The position numbers and the translations under genes were made by a program. 64,000 nucleotides of DNA, from positions 96,001 to 160,000 of the forward strand of contig JAUVNS010000002.1 in the NCBI GenBank assembly GCA_030599585.1. Direction: 5' to 3'. The stretch comes from Promethearchaeota archaeon (GTDB lineage: Archaea; Asgardarchaeota; Lokiarchaeia; Sigyniarchaeales; SOKP01). Shown here piece by piece: positions 27,740-37,797 of the stretch. The notes beneath the pieces are model-generated. The model had not been told where the DNA came from. It ran no database searches and saw only the letters and a list, made by a program, of their open reading frames with translations. How positions within the stretch are numbered: the stretch's first letter is position 1; each line of letters opens with the position of its first letter.

Positions 27740-29992
27740 CTAAACAAAAGGTTGAAGTATTTTTTTATCTATTAACGAGAATATTGTTTCTATTTCCTTT
27801 GATTTGTAACCTTTATCTTGCATTAATTGTGTAGTAAAGCAGTATTCAGTCTTATTTTTTTTCATTAAATTTAAAGCTTTGTCGATCATTGCTCTCTCAT
27901 TTGTGTTGATTTTTGCTTTACCTACCTCTACAACTTTCAAAGGATAAAGAAAAGTTGTTCCTAAATGCTTTTTAAGTACTTCTTCAATTGTATTAAATGG
28001 GTTAAGATCCCCTTTGAATGTTTCAAGATAAGATCCGTATTTCTCTTCAATTTCAAAAGATAAAGCGCTAATTAAATCATAAAAAGATTCAGAAGGAAGC
28101 TCTTTCATTATTAAGATTAATCTGAAATTCTTGAACTCTGCCATAAGGATCTTTGAATTGTGGTAATCTAATTTAATGATTTGCGAATGTTCTTTAGAGC
28201 CCGTGAGCTCGATTCCAAAGGTACGTATTGCTTCTAGGAATCCAGAAAGTAACACCGTGTTCATTTTTTTCTCGGTGAAGACTTGATCGTATATATTTAA
28301 TGTAGATTTTTTTTCTATTATAAGCACATAATTCAGATTTAAAATGTCTATACATTTATCATAAATCGCCTCTTTTCGAGCGATTTTCTTTTTCTTATTC
28401 TTCTTTATTAATACATATGAAGTTGTAGAAACAGATAATGTAAGCCCGATAATTACTATTACTGAAGTAATAAGAAACCAATCAATAATGAGAGGTAAAG
28501 TTATCATAAAAACCTGAGTCGTTAACCCAGCATCAGTACCATTGAACCAATAAATATACGCTTTATATTCACCATCTACTGCTGTTTGTGGTAAAGCATA
28601 AGTAAAGGAAGAGGTGTCATAGGGGATCGTTTTGTTATCTGTATAAATTATGTCATCAAAGGTATCCGTTAAAACGAAGGTATAATCTCCGTTCATAATA
28701 GGCTCGGAGATAAAGAATTTCAATTCTTGACCTGCTAAAAATTCAGTTCGATCAACATCTAAAGCGAATGAAGTCGTGCTTGAATTAGCGGATATTAGCC
28801 AATCAGCCCCAGTTTGAATTGTATTGTTCGGAATTAAAATAAAATGATCAAGTTGATTGAATAGAATTTGAGATGTTACATCTATATCATCCCTACTCAC
28901 CCTAATGTCAGTCCAACTCTCGTGAAAATTGAATTTAATGGAATAATTACTAAAACTCTTTGCAACTATAGGGTTTACTGTCCAAAGATTATCTCTATTT
29001 TCTTGTATTTTAACACTCCCATTGGAGTTCAAGTTTTTTATTAATTTAATATGATATGACACATTAAACAAAATTTCAACGGAAATATTATTTTCAATAT
29101 GAATTTTGATGAAATCTTCGGATGAAGCGTAATTAATCCCGGAAATATTCAAATATCCCAATCCAGGCAAAATTGAGTTTGAAATTTGATAAGCTCCACC
29201 ATTAAGTCTCGCAGTCATATTAATTTCTTCTGGAGAATAGCTCCTATTTACTTTTTGTATTAATTTATATAAATAAGGTTCATTTTGAACTCCGTTAAGC
29301 CATTGATTCTCATATTCAGAAGAATGTAAATTAGGATTCGTTGGATCAAAATCGTTGTAAGCCCAATAAAAATCAGTAGACGGACTAATAATGTTAGAGC
29401 CATTTAGTACTAAATAATAATTACCAGGAGAGAGAGATATGGGATTTGAAAAATTCTGTAAATACCATCCTCGATCCATAGATACATTAAAATTAACTGA
29501 ACTATAGATAGTAGAATTGGGGTTATTATTTAAATTATCGTATCCCCTCAATTGAACATCAATCATTTCAGTAGTTTCAGGAGATTTGGATCCATATATG
29601 TATACTCCTTTAATTATAGTTGCTTCTGTGAGATTAATTTGCACTCCGAGAGCATACATTTTTTGTGCAGGATTTCTGTCAAAGATACGACCAGCATTAC
29701 TATATTCTCGATCTTCAATTGTTTTTATTTCTCGCTCTAACTTAATATCAGTGAAATTCAATTGAATATCAGTAAGATTCCAAGAAGAGGAAGGTATTTC
29801 TATATCAATGGAACCTACATTTTCACTAGTACCATTTTTTTCCCCAAGCTCGAGCATTGAAAAATTAGTTGGAATGGTTAAAGAATCTCCATTACTTTGA
29901 GCGTTAACATTATTTAGGCGGAAATTTAACCCAAGTAAAAAAATCAGCAATAAAATGTTAATAATGATTAATCCTTTTGTTTTCCTCAACAA
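27740..29992 (-). CDS. Single-pass membrane protein with ectodomain and cytoplasmic longin-like domain (paralog 3 of 3)
   Basis: Signal peptide, the same ectodomain motifs as the paralogs, TM, poly-Lys stop-transfer, then VLIIEKKSTLNIYD...LLSGFLEAIRTFG. Confidence 0.75.
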   Translation of the reverse strand: MLRKTKGLIIINILLLIFLLGLNFRLNNVNAQSNGDSLTIPTNFSMLELGEKNGTSENVGSIDIEIPSSSWNLTDIQLNFTDIKLEREIKTIEDREYSNAGRIFDRNPAQKMYALGVQINLTEATIIKGVYIYGSKSPETTEMIDVQLRGYDNLNNNPNSTIYSSVNFNVSMDRGWYLQNFSNPISLSPGNYYLVLNGSNIISPSTDFYWAYNDFDPTNPNLHSSEYENQWLNGVQNEPYLYKLIQKVNRSYSPEEINMTARLNGGAYQISNSILPGLGYLNISGINYASSEDFIKIHIENNISVEILFNVSYHIKLIKNLNSNGSVKIQENRDNLWTVNPIVAKSFSNYSIKFNFHESWTDIRVSRDDIDVTSQILFNQLDHFILIPNNTIQTGADWLISANSSTTSFALDVDRTEFLAGQELKFFISEPIMNGDYTFVLTDTFDDIIYTDNKTIPYDTSSFTYALPQTAVDGEYKAYIYWFNGTDAGLTTQVFMITLPLIIDWFLITSVIVIIGLTLSVSTTSYVLIKKNKKKKIARKEAIYDKCIDILNLNYVLIIEKKSTLNIYDQVFTEKKMNTVLLSGFLEAIRTFGIELTGSKEHSQIIKLDYHNSKILMAEFKNFRLILIMKELPSESFYDLISALSFEIEEKYGSYLETFKGDLNPFNTIEEVLKKHLGTTFLYPLKVVEVGKAKINTNERAMIDKALNLMKKNKTEYCFTTQLMQDKGYKSKEIETIFSLIDKKILQPFV

Positions 29993-30375
29993 TAAACCCC
30001 TAGCTTCCGATAATAAAAAATAATATTTTTTTGATTATTTTAATAGAGATAATAGAATCTCCTAAAAAATTTAATCTAAAACTTCTAATTTCGTTATAAA
30101 CGAACAAAAAGTTCTTTATGTCTTTTTTATAGGTAATATGAAATTAGCCATTTATATATTTAAAGTATAAATTTCTCCGCTTATTCAAAGAACAAAAAAG
30201 AAGTTCCGTCTTTTTAAACATAAATCCACTTTCGGGTAATTTACTTCAATTTTTAGATTTAATATTTGCTACTATATTGAAGAACATTTGAAAAAACAAT
30301 TTAAGTAAAAAAGAGATATTATTTTAATACGAAGACTGTTATTTTTCAATTGAGCAAAAGAAACCTTCAATTATC

Positions 30376-31626
30376 ATGATAAAAAAGTCGTTAAAAAAGC
30401 CAGAATTACTCGCTCCAGCACAAGATTGGACTTCCTTAAGAAATATTACTGGATTAGCTGATGCGATTTATTTTGGTGTCAAGAAATATAATATGAGGGC
30501 TAAAGCTAAAAATTTCGAAAGAAGTGAACTTAAAGAGATCGTAAAATTCTGTCATCATCAAAAACCACCATTGAAAGCATATTTAGCGACAAATGTTTTA
30601 ATTTACGATTCTGAATTGCAGGATTTAGAGAAATTGATACTAGAAGCGAAAAAAGCAGGTATAGACGCTATAATTGCTCACGATTTAGCGGTAATAAAGT
30701 TTGCTAAACGCCAAAAGCTAAGATTTCACATCTCAACCCAAGCAAATGTATCTAACGTTGAATCTGCTAAGTTTTTTGAAAATATAGGCGCTGAGAGAAT
30801 TATTTTAGCCAGAGAGCTATCTCTTAAACAAATAAAGCTTATCAAACATCATTTAACTAAGACACAAATTGAATGCTTTGTTCACGGTTCAATGTGCACT
30901 TCGATTTCAGGTAGATGCTATCTATCAGCTACAATTTGTGATTCTGAAGAATTTTCAGCAAATCGAGGTAATTGTGTTCAGCCATGTAGAAGAGAGTGGC
31001 GAGTAATTGACGATGAAAATAATGAACTTATATACGATGGGCAAATGTTCTTGAACGCAAAAGATCTCTGTATGATTGAGTATATTCCAGAATTAATTGA
31101 AGCGAATATTAATGTTTTCAAAATTGAAGGTAGAATGAAAAATCCGCTATATATAGAAACAGTAACTAGATGCTACCGAGAAGCAATAGACAGTTATTTT
31201 GAAAATACTTTCTCAAAAGAAAAGGTTCGCGACTGGTTAGAGAGGTTAGCTAAAGTTTATAATCGCGGTTTTCACACTGGATTTTATTTTCAACGTCCAA
31301 CTATTGAAGATGTTGAATTAGAAAGAAGAGGAAATGTATCGCCATACCGAAAACATTATCTTGGAAAAGTTTTATCTTTTAATACAAACAGTATGACCGC
31401 AAATATATTGATTGAAATCAAGGAATTTAACTTAAAAATTGGAGATGAGATAATTGTTATCGGGAATGAAACATATCATCATCAAAAAATTAAGCATATG
31501 GTCTTTAAAGGGGAAAAAATTCAAAATATATATAAAAAACGGAACGATAATCCTTTTAAAGTGAATCTGCGTTTAAGTAATGAAGTTCAGAGAGATGATA
31601 AAATTTATATCATATATCAAACATAA
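30376..31626 (+). CDS. Peptidase U32 family protein (Fe-S, TrhP-like tRNA hydroxylation family)
   Basis: PELLAPA, HISTQAN, RIILARELSL, FVHGSMC.SISGRC.LS, NRG.C.QPCR and KIEGRMK. Confidence 0.88.
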   Translation: MIKKSLKKPELLAPAQDWTSLRNITGLADAIYFGVKKYNMRAKAKNFERSELKEIVKFCHHQKPPLKAYLATNVLIYDSELQDLEKLILEAKKAGIDAIIAHDLAVIKFAKRQKLRFHISTQANVSNVESAKFFENIGAERIILARELSLKQIKLIKHHLTKTQIECFVHGSMCTSISGRCYLSATICDSEEFSANRGNCVQPCRREWRVIDDENNELIYDGQMFLNAKDLCMIEYIPELIEANINVFKIEGRMKNPLYIETVTRCYREAIDSYFENTFSKEKVRDWLERLAKVYNRGFHTGFYFQRPTIEDVELERRGNVSPYRKHYLGKVLSFNTNSMTANILIEIKEFNLKIGDEIIVIGNETYHHQKIKHMVFKGEKIQNIYKKRNDNPFKVNLRLSNEVQRDDKIYIIYQT

Positions 31627-31684
31627 CTCAAATGGTCTAAATGAAGATTCTGATACATTTAAATAGTGAAGGTTGAAATAACAG

Positions 31685-32359
31685 ATGGATTACGAAGATA
31701 AGAGGAGTAAATTAGTTGAAAGTCTTAAAAAGAGAGCTTTTTTAACTAAACCCAGTGTAATCAAGGCTATGTTAAAGGTTCCAAGACATAAATTTTTACC
31801 GAAAGGTGCCATAGAATCGGCATACATAGACTCTCCACTTTCAATAGGAATAGGGCAAACAATTAGCGCTCCACACATGAACGCGATGATGTGTGAGCTT
31901 TTAGAACTTACAGAGGGAGAAAAAGTCCTTGAAATTGGAACCGGTTCTGGTTATCACGCTGCCTTATGTGCTGAGCTTGTAGCACCAGATTATTCTAAAA
32001 ACCCGGGACATGTATATACAATAGAAAGACACAAAGAGTTAGCAGATAAAGCTGAAGAAAGTTTAATTAATACAGGTTACGGAGATATAGTGACGGTTAT
32101 TTGTGGAGACGGTACGTTAGGATATCCTCAAGAAGCACCATTTCACAAAATTTTAGTCACTGCATCCTCACCAAAGAAAGTACCTCCTCCCTTAAAGAAA
32201 CAATTAAAAAATGGAGGAATTCTCTGTATTCCCGCAGGTTCAAAAGAATGGGGTCAGGATCTTTATATAATTTCTAAAAAAGAAAATAAATTCGATTCTA
32301 AGAGAGTTACGGGAGTACGATTTGTTCCTTTGATTGGAGAATGGGGTTTTCCCGAATAG
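31685..32359 (+). CDS. pcm: Protein-L-isoaspartate O-methyltransferase
   Basis: VPRH.F, GQTISAPHM, VLEIGTGSGY, GDGTLG and VRFVPLIG. Confidence 0.95.
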   Translation: MDYEDKRSKLVESLKKRAFLTKPSVIKAMLKVPRHKFLPKGAIESAYIDSPLSIGIGQTISAPHMNAMMCELLELTEGEKVLEIGTGSGYHAALCAELVAPDYSKNPGHVYTIERHKELADKAEESLINTGYGDIVTVICGDGTLGYPQEAPFHKILVTASSPKKVPPPLKKQLKNGGILCIPAGSKEWGQDLYIISKKENKFDSKRVTGVRFVPLIGEWGFPE

Positions 32360-32396
32360 AATTTAATTCCTAAAAGATAGGATTAAGATGTTAAGC

Positions 32397-32540
32397 TTAA
32401 TTAGGAGAAGGTTTTTTTAATCGTCCTTCCATTAATTTTTTACGAACATTTTGTACAAATTCATTGTTATCTATTCGTGTTTTTACAGATTGATTAGTGT
32501 ACGTATAACCGTTTTGTTTTCCTTTTTTATTATCTCTCAT
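32397..32540 (-). CDS. Small basic hypothetical protein, 47 aa
   Basis: Not on the ORF track. MRDNKKGKQNGYTYTNQSVKTRIDNNEFVQNVRKKLMEGRLKKPSPN* fits the intergenic gap, with a TATA-like TTTATATA upstream near 32600. Confidence 0.45.
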   Translation of the reverse strand: MRDNKKGKQNGYTYTNQSVKTRIDNNEFVQNVRKKLMEGRLKKPSPN

Positions 32541-32694
32541 AAATGTATAAACTACGAGTTTTTAATGAGACTATAGTTGTTATTGTACCCTTAACATATA
32601 TAAAGCTATTTAAAACCGACAATTTTAAAAGAAAAAATCATGGTCTTAATTTTATTGTTCTAATTTGAATTCGATGTTAGAGAGTGAAGTGTGA

Positions 32695-33384
32695 TTAGTT
32701 AGATTCTTCTCCAGTTTTTTTGAAAAAATCATAGTACTTATTCTGCTTTTTCTTCGTATCATCATCTAAGGGGACACCGAATTGCGGTTGAATAATATAG
32801 CCCAAAATTATCGGTAGTACTGGGAAAGCCATTAACCAGAGGAATAATATAACATATTCTACTAAATCCATATTATATAAATCCTGGGTGCTCAAAGGGA
32901 TTGTTATTCTTAAAACAAAATCGAATGTTTCATTTTGAACGAAAGTATTAGAAATAAAGGAGACATTAACAGACCCACTCCATATAATACTTTCATCTTT
33001 TTTCAATCGCACTGAAGAAGTGTATGCAAATTGTTCTCTAGGGGAACTCCAATAATGGACACTCGATTTGATCGGTGATCCTTTGGCGATAACAGTATAA
33101 TTGAAAAAGGTCATGCCAACAATTTCTACTGCACTACCCGTTGATAAATGAGCTGTTAAGCGATAGGAATATCTATCCGGAAGAGTATTATCTAAAGCCA
33201 TATCCATCTTCAGTTCCCCATATCCATCACTATAGTCGACGGTATAATCCTTTGAAGTGCTAACATGCCCGATGCCAAAAACTTCATCAAAGTTAAATAT
33301 AGCAGGAGTAGCTAATGCTAGTAAAAAAATGGTTAATACTGTAGAAAAAACAAAAGAATATTTCCTTATTTTTAATCGATTTAT
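32695..33384 (-). CDS. Hypothetical secreted/membrane-anchored protein (signal peptide plus C-terminal TM)
   Basis: The frame is open upstream of ATG 33207 and encodes INRLKIRKYSFVFSTVLTIFLLALATPA (signal-peptide-like). ATA start at 33384 inferred from upstream GGAAGG. C-terminal TM YVILFLWLMAFPVLPIILGYII. Confidence 0.6.
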   Translation of the reverse strand: MNRLKIRKYSFVFSTVLTIFLLALATPAIFNFDEVFGIGHVSTSKDYTVDYSDGYGELKMDMALDNTLPDRYSYRLTAHLSTGSAVEIVGMTFFNYTVIAKGSPIKSSVHYWSSPREQFAYTSSVRLKKDESIIWSGSVNVSFISNTFVQNETFDFVLRITIPLSTQDLYNMDLVEYVILFLWLMAFPVLPIILGYIIQPQFGVPLDDDTKKKQNKYYDFFKKTGEESN

Positions 33385-33580
33385 TTTAAAAACCTTCCAA
33401 TTTTGCTTATAAATATATTTTGAAAGAAGAGATTTTGTATCCTAAATAGTTAATATTAAAAAATTTATGTATATTAATAAACTTTTATTTCAGGAATTTA
33501 CATTTAATTTTCATATCACTAATAACTAAAAATTTTTCTTACTGCTTCTTAGTAATTATCCCGTCAAAATATAAGTAAAA

Positions 33581-35767
33581 TTAATAAATCTTGATTGTAA
33601 TATTAATCTCCAGTTCTTTGCTAAGTTTAAACTGAGGTATCACATTTATACCTTGGTAAATTGTTTTGTAACCCTCATCAGTGAATGCATATGAAACAAC
33701 CGGAAATTTTAATATTTCTATTAATCCAGTATCTGCCTTTGTTTCGCTTTGTAGAGAATATTCAAGGTTTAAATTATAAGATAAATCTTGGGCTTTGAAA
33801 TGACTACCTGTAAATTGAAATGGTTTAATTAACTCATTTTTTGAATCATTTAAAAAAAGCAATTGGTTACTTTCCCATTGAAATTTAGTAGTATCTCCAT
33901 TAAAAAAGAAAGGAAGATCAATTCCCAAGTTCAAATTTGTTATGATATTTTGGACCAAATCTTCTTTTTCAGGTATTTTCTTGAACTTAATTTTTAGATT
34001 TATTTTAATTTGATTTTCCTCAACCTTTATTATTTTAACGATAGAACAAGGATAAATCTCATTCGAATCTGGAACGATTACGCTTCCTTTTTGTTCTAAT
34101 TCTATAACGGCTGAATTTCCATTTTTTTCATTTTTGATAACTAAAAATTCACCATCAACAAAAGATCCGTATTCTCTATATCGATCTGCTTCGATAGCTT
34201 CGAATGTCTCGTTCTTGTGATAAAATCTTACCCTTAACATATTTTTCTTAAACCTATCAACCATTATTTTATCTTTATCGACATCTTCGTTATCGTGATA
34301 CGCTTCAGGCCACCGGGTTAATGTGTTTAAAATATTATAGGATTTTGGTTTATAATCTATCTCAAAAATAGTACCTCCGTCTGAAGGATTAAGATAAATG
34401 TTCAAAAGATCAGATTCGATTATGATATCCATTCTACTGTCTTTGTTGAAGTCTATAGGAATGACTGAGATATATTTATTCTCCAAGGAAAGGAACTTCT
34501 TATTCAAACTGTCAATGATGATTTCAGAATTGATAAGATGAGTATAAACAGAAAACCGCAAAAATTGTAAATAGACTCCACCAAATAAGCCATGCCAATA
34601 GCAATCGTTGCATTGTGATTTATATATTTCTGTCCAAGCTTCTTTTATTAGTTTGTTAGCTTCATTTCTACTTTCTTGCCTCACTAACTTATCTAAATTG
34701 TTTTCAACACGAATGAGTTTATCTCTAACATGGAGCATTTTCTTATGCATATTATTTGATTCCGGATATTTCACTAAGTAAAATCTCCAGAAACCTCCTT
34801 TCAAGAATAGATAATCGTCCTGCTTTCCAGGATCCCACCTTAGATTTTCTCTAATATTGATAAAAGATTTCCTTAAATCTTTTGGTAAAACCCACGCTTC
34901 CATTTTATCATAACTTGCGGTTGGTAGATATATTAAACTTCTTGCATGATATTTTTCCATATATTCCGAAAGCGTAATAGACTTTATCCAGTTATTGTTT
35001 ATTATTTGGTCGAAGAAAGCGGGAATAAATGGTTTCCCATTGTCTCCCTCTTCATGGCCATGGCCCTCTACATAGCAGATTTGGTGTGTAGTTGCCCAAA
35101 CACCCATTTTTTCTGCATCAGATATGAATACAACGCACCTATCACCTTTTTCATCCGCAGCATTTTTCAAATATTCAATCGACATATATGTAGGCTTCCA
35201 AGGAGCCATATACCTCAAATACTCATTAATTGAAAAGACTCTTAATGTCTTTCCTTCATCCTCCGTAATATAGGAATAAAATGTCTCTTTTTCAGTAATA
35301 CCTGTTGAGCGAAAATGATTATCATCAACAATCACATATTTTAAGCCAGCATCGTGTAGGAAAGAAGGGTAATTCGGCTCCCACACTCTTTCCGACAACC
35401 AAGCTCCTTTCACTTCTAATCCGAATTCTTGTTTAATTAAATCAGATAGCTTTTTCATTTGAGCTATTCTATCGCGATAAGGGATAATTGCGAATATGGG
35501 CTCATAATACCCCCCTCCAATAATCTCGATTTGTCCTCTTTTTGCCATAACTTTTAATTTCTCAATAAAATCTGGCTTGTTCTCAAGGAACCATTCTAAT
35601 AAATTCCCAGAAAAATGTAGCGTGAATTTTATATCCTTATAATGGAATATATTGTCGATAAGGGGTAAATATGATTTTTGATAAACATCATCATAAATCA
35701 AAACCTTTTGATCAACCGGTTGATGAAAATGAAATATAATGGGAAAGTGAATTTGTTTTTCGGTCAT
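33581..35767 (-). CDS. GH57 alpha-amylase / 4-alpha-glucanotransferase
   Basis: HFHQP, GGGYYEPI, GAWLSERVW, SDAEKMG and QCNDCYWHGLFGG.Y, plus a C-terminal beta domain. Confidence 0.9.
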   Translation of the reverse strand: MTEKQIHFPIIFHFHQPVDQKVLIYDDVYQKSYLPLIDNIFHYKDIKFTLHFSGNLLEWFLENKPDFIEKLKVMAKRGQIEIIGGGYYEPIFAIIPYRDRIAQMKKLSDLIKQEFGLEVKGAWLSERVWEPNYPSFLHDAGLKYVIVDDNHFRSTGITEKETFYSYITEDEGKTLRVFSINEYLRYMAPWKPTYMSIEYLKNAADEKGDRCVVFISDAEKMGVWATTHQICYVEGHGHEEGDNGKPFIPAFFDQIINNNWIKSITLSEYMEKYHARSLIYLPTASYDKMEAWVLPKDLRKSFINIRENLRWDPGKQDDYLFLKGGFWRFYLVKYPESNNMHKKMLHVRDKLIRVENNLDKLVRQESRNEANKLIKEAWTEIYKSQCNDCYWHGLFGGVYLQFLRFSVYTHLINSEIIIDSLNKKFLSLENKYISVIPIDFNKDSRMDIIIESDLLNIYLNPSDGGTIFEIDYKPKSYNILNTLTRWPEAYHDNEDVDKDKIMVDRFKKNMLRVRFYHKNETFEAIEADRYREYGSFVDGEFLVIKNEKNGNSAVIELEQKGSVIVPDSNEIYPCSIVKIIKVEENQIKINLKIKFKKIPEKEDLVQNIITNLNLGIDLPFFFNGDTTKFQWESNQLLFLNDSKNELIKPFQFTGSHFKAQDLSYNLNLEYSLQSETKADTGLIEILKFPVVSYAFTDEGYKTIYQGINVIPQFKLSKELEINITIKIY

Positions 35768-36029
35768 AATAACGATGTTATAATTTTGTAATATAACAAA
35801 ATTAAGAAAGAATACCTATAAATCTATTTGGATTCACTTACTTCGTCTAGAAGAAATCCTTAGAAACCTAGTTTCAAACCCTTAGTTATAATCGAATCAA
35901 ACTTCTAATGTGTATCAAAATAGAAAAACATTTTAAAACTCTAAAAATATTAAACATTTTAAGGAGATACATATTATAAAAAAAATACCCATGAAAACTT
36001 TAGAGAAATGTATCTTTAATTAAAACTGA

Positions 36030-37781
36030 GTGGTATTTATAATTATGAGAAATTTTTTTGATAAAAATTTGTTCCAAGAAGTATTTAATTCTAACGAGTT
36101 TAAAGGATGGCTTCTTTCGAGAAGATGGTTTGGTGATAAATCGTTTTTATCTAATTTACTATTTAAGGTATCTATTTACGATTTCAATATCATCTCGGAA
36201 CATATTTTTTTAACGATAATTGAGGTTACCTACGATGAATATTCTAAAAAATACTTCCTTCCGATTATAATCTATGAAAAAATTCAAGATATACTTGAAC
36301 CTAACGAAAATACAAGAGAAAATATTGTTAAACTAACTGAAAACACATTCAGCAAAATTCTAGCACTAAGCGTTCATGATAATACAAAAGAAAAGATAAC
36401 TTATCTGAATCTTATTGAAGCAGAGTATTGTGTTTTATTCTGGAAGAAAATGTTATTTGATAAGACGATATCTGAAACTTTCCCTAGCATGTCTTTAGAA
36501 CTCACACTATATACTGAACAGTTTGAAGACGAATTTAATATGTTGAAAGTACGCAATTTAATTGAAGCTAGTTTATACCCTGAACGATACGAATATGGGT
36601 TACAGCAGTTAGGTGGTGGGAACACAACAAATTTGTTATTTGCATTAAAAGTATCAAGTAAGAAAAATCCGCACGAAAAACCTATTTCGTACGTTTTAAA
36701 ATCGTATAAAGACTTTTCAGGTTCCTTGGAACCAAGGAAATTGTTTGTGTTAGTGAAAAACAATTTTCCAAATGCTCCAAAAATATTTGGTATGATAAAA
36801 TTACACGATAGAGAAACAATTGGGATACTTGAAGATGTCCCAAATAGTGGAAATTTGGGAGATATATTTTGGAATGAGCTTAATAACATGATAAATTCGA
36901 TTTTTGGAGATCCTGATGGCGATGATCCCTCCTTAAGCGATAAAGATAAAATATCTGGATATATAAAAAACTACTGTGCTAATTCGTTACAAATTTCTGA
37001 AAAAATCGGATTCCAGATAAAAAAATTACACGAAGCCTTAATTCTACAAGATGATCCACTATATTCAAAGGAAACAGTCTCAAGCGTGGACTATTTAAAA
37101 GATTACACGAGCAAATTACTTGAGATGGTAGAAAAAATGCAAGAAACCATGAGTAGAAGTTCAGAAGGAGCTTTTTACTCCTCCCCAAAAGTGTTATCTA
37201 TTTTAATTGATATCAAGGATATAATTGAGAAATTTCGTTCAGAATTTAAAGCGGATACGATTAATATTCAACCAGTCCATCAAGATCTCCACTTCCAACA
37301 AATTCTTGTTAACAAATCTAACGGCGATTATATGTTCTATTTTATTGATTTTGAGGGAGATCCGCAACTCGACAACAAGAAAAAAGAACAGAAATTCCCA
37401 ATTTCCAAAGATTGGGGCAGTCTTTTAAGATCACTTAGCTATATTAAATTTAATACTCTGCTTAGATTTATTGAGGATAAAATAATAGATAAAGATAAGA
37501 TTGAAGTTCCAGCGGAATTCCTTTTTAATCTCTACTTCAGAAAATCTTCAAAAATCACGAAAAAGCACAAACTTTTGGAAAATGCCTTAAAAATCCTTAA
37601 TGTTTGGGAGAATAAATTAATGGGTAAAATTTTTGAACAAAGTCCAGATATTCACATCACTTTAATTAATTATTTTACGATTGATAGAATATTACATGAA
37701 TTATCTTACGAACTGCTTTTTAGACCTGACTCAATTCTTATTCCAATTCTTGGTTTGAAAGAAATTATAGATAAATATTAG
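36030..37781 (+). CDS. Maltokinase (Mak/Pep2)-like kinase
   Basis: WL..RRWFG.K N-terminal cap, VLK.YK, LH.AL, HQDLHFQQIL, IDFEGDP and YEL..RP....IP..GL. Confidence 0.75.
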   Translation: MVFIIMRNFFDKNLFQEVFNSNEFKGWLLSRRWFGDKSFLSNLLFKVSIYDFNIISEHIFLTIIEVTYDEYSKKYFLPIIIYEKIQDILEPNENTRENIVKLTENTFSKILALSVHDNTKEKITYLNLIEAEYCVLFWKKMLFDKTISETFPSMSLELTLYTEQFEDEFNMLKVRNLIEASLYPERYEYGLQQLGGGNTTNLLFALKVSSKKNPHEKPISYVLKSYKDFSGSLEPRKLFVLVKNNFPNAPKIFGMIKLHDRETIGILEDVPNSGNLGDIFWNELNNMINSIFGDPDGDDPSLSDKDKISGYIKNYCANSLQISEKIGFQIKKLHEALILQDDPLYSKETVSSVDYLKDYTSKLLEMVEKMQETMSRSSEGAFYSSPKVLSILIDIKDIIEKFRSEFKADTINIQPVHQDLHFQQILVNKSNGDYMFYFIDFEGDPQLDNKKKEQKFPISKDWGSLLRSLSYIKFNTLLRFIEDKIIDKDKIEVPAEFLFNLYFRKSSKITKKHKLLENALKILNVWENKLMGKIFEQSPDIHITLINYFTIDRILHELSYELLFRPDSILIPILGLKEIIDKY

Positions 37782-37797
37782 TTTATTGCTTTAATTT

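Noticed and set aside
30095-30210. GAAC-N5-GTTC and GAAC-N9-GTTC inverted repeats (LexA-box-like), and AACAA...TTGTT upstream of the other longin paralogs
   Set aside because: The spacers are inconsistent (5, 9 and 16 nt) and such short repeats are expected by chance in AT-rich DNA.
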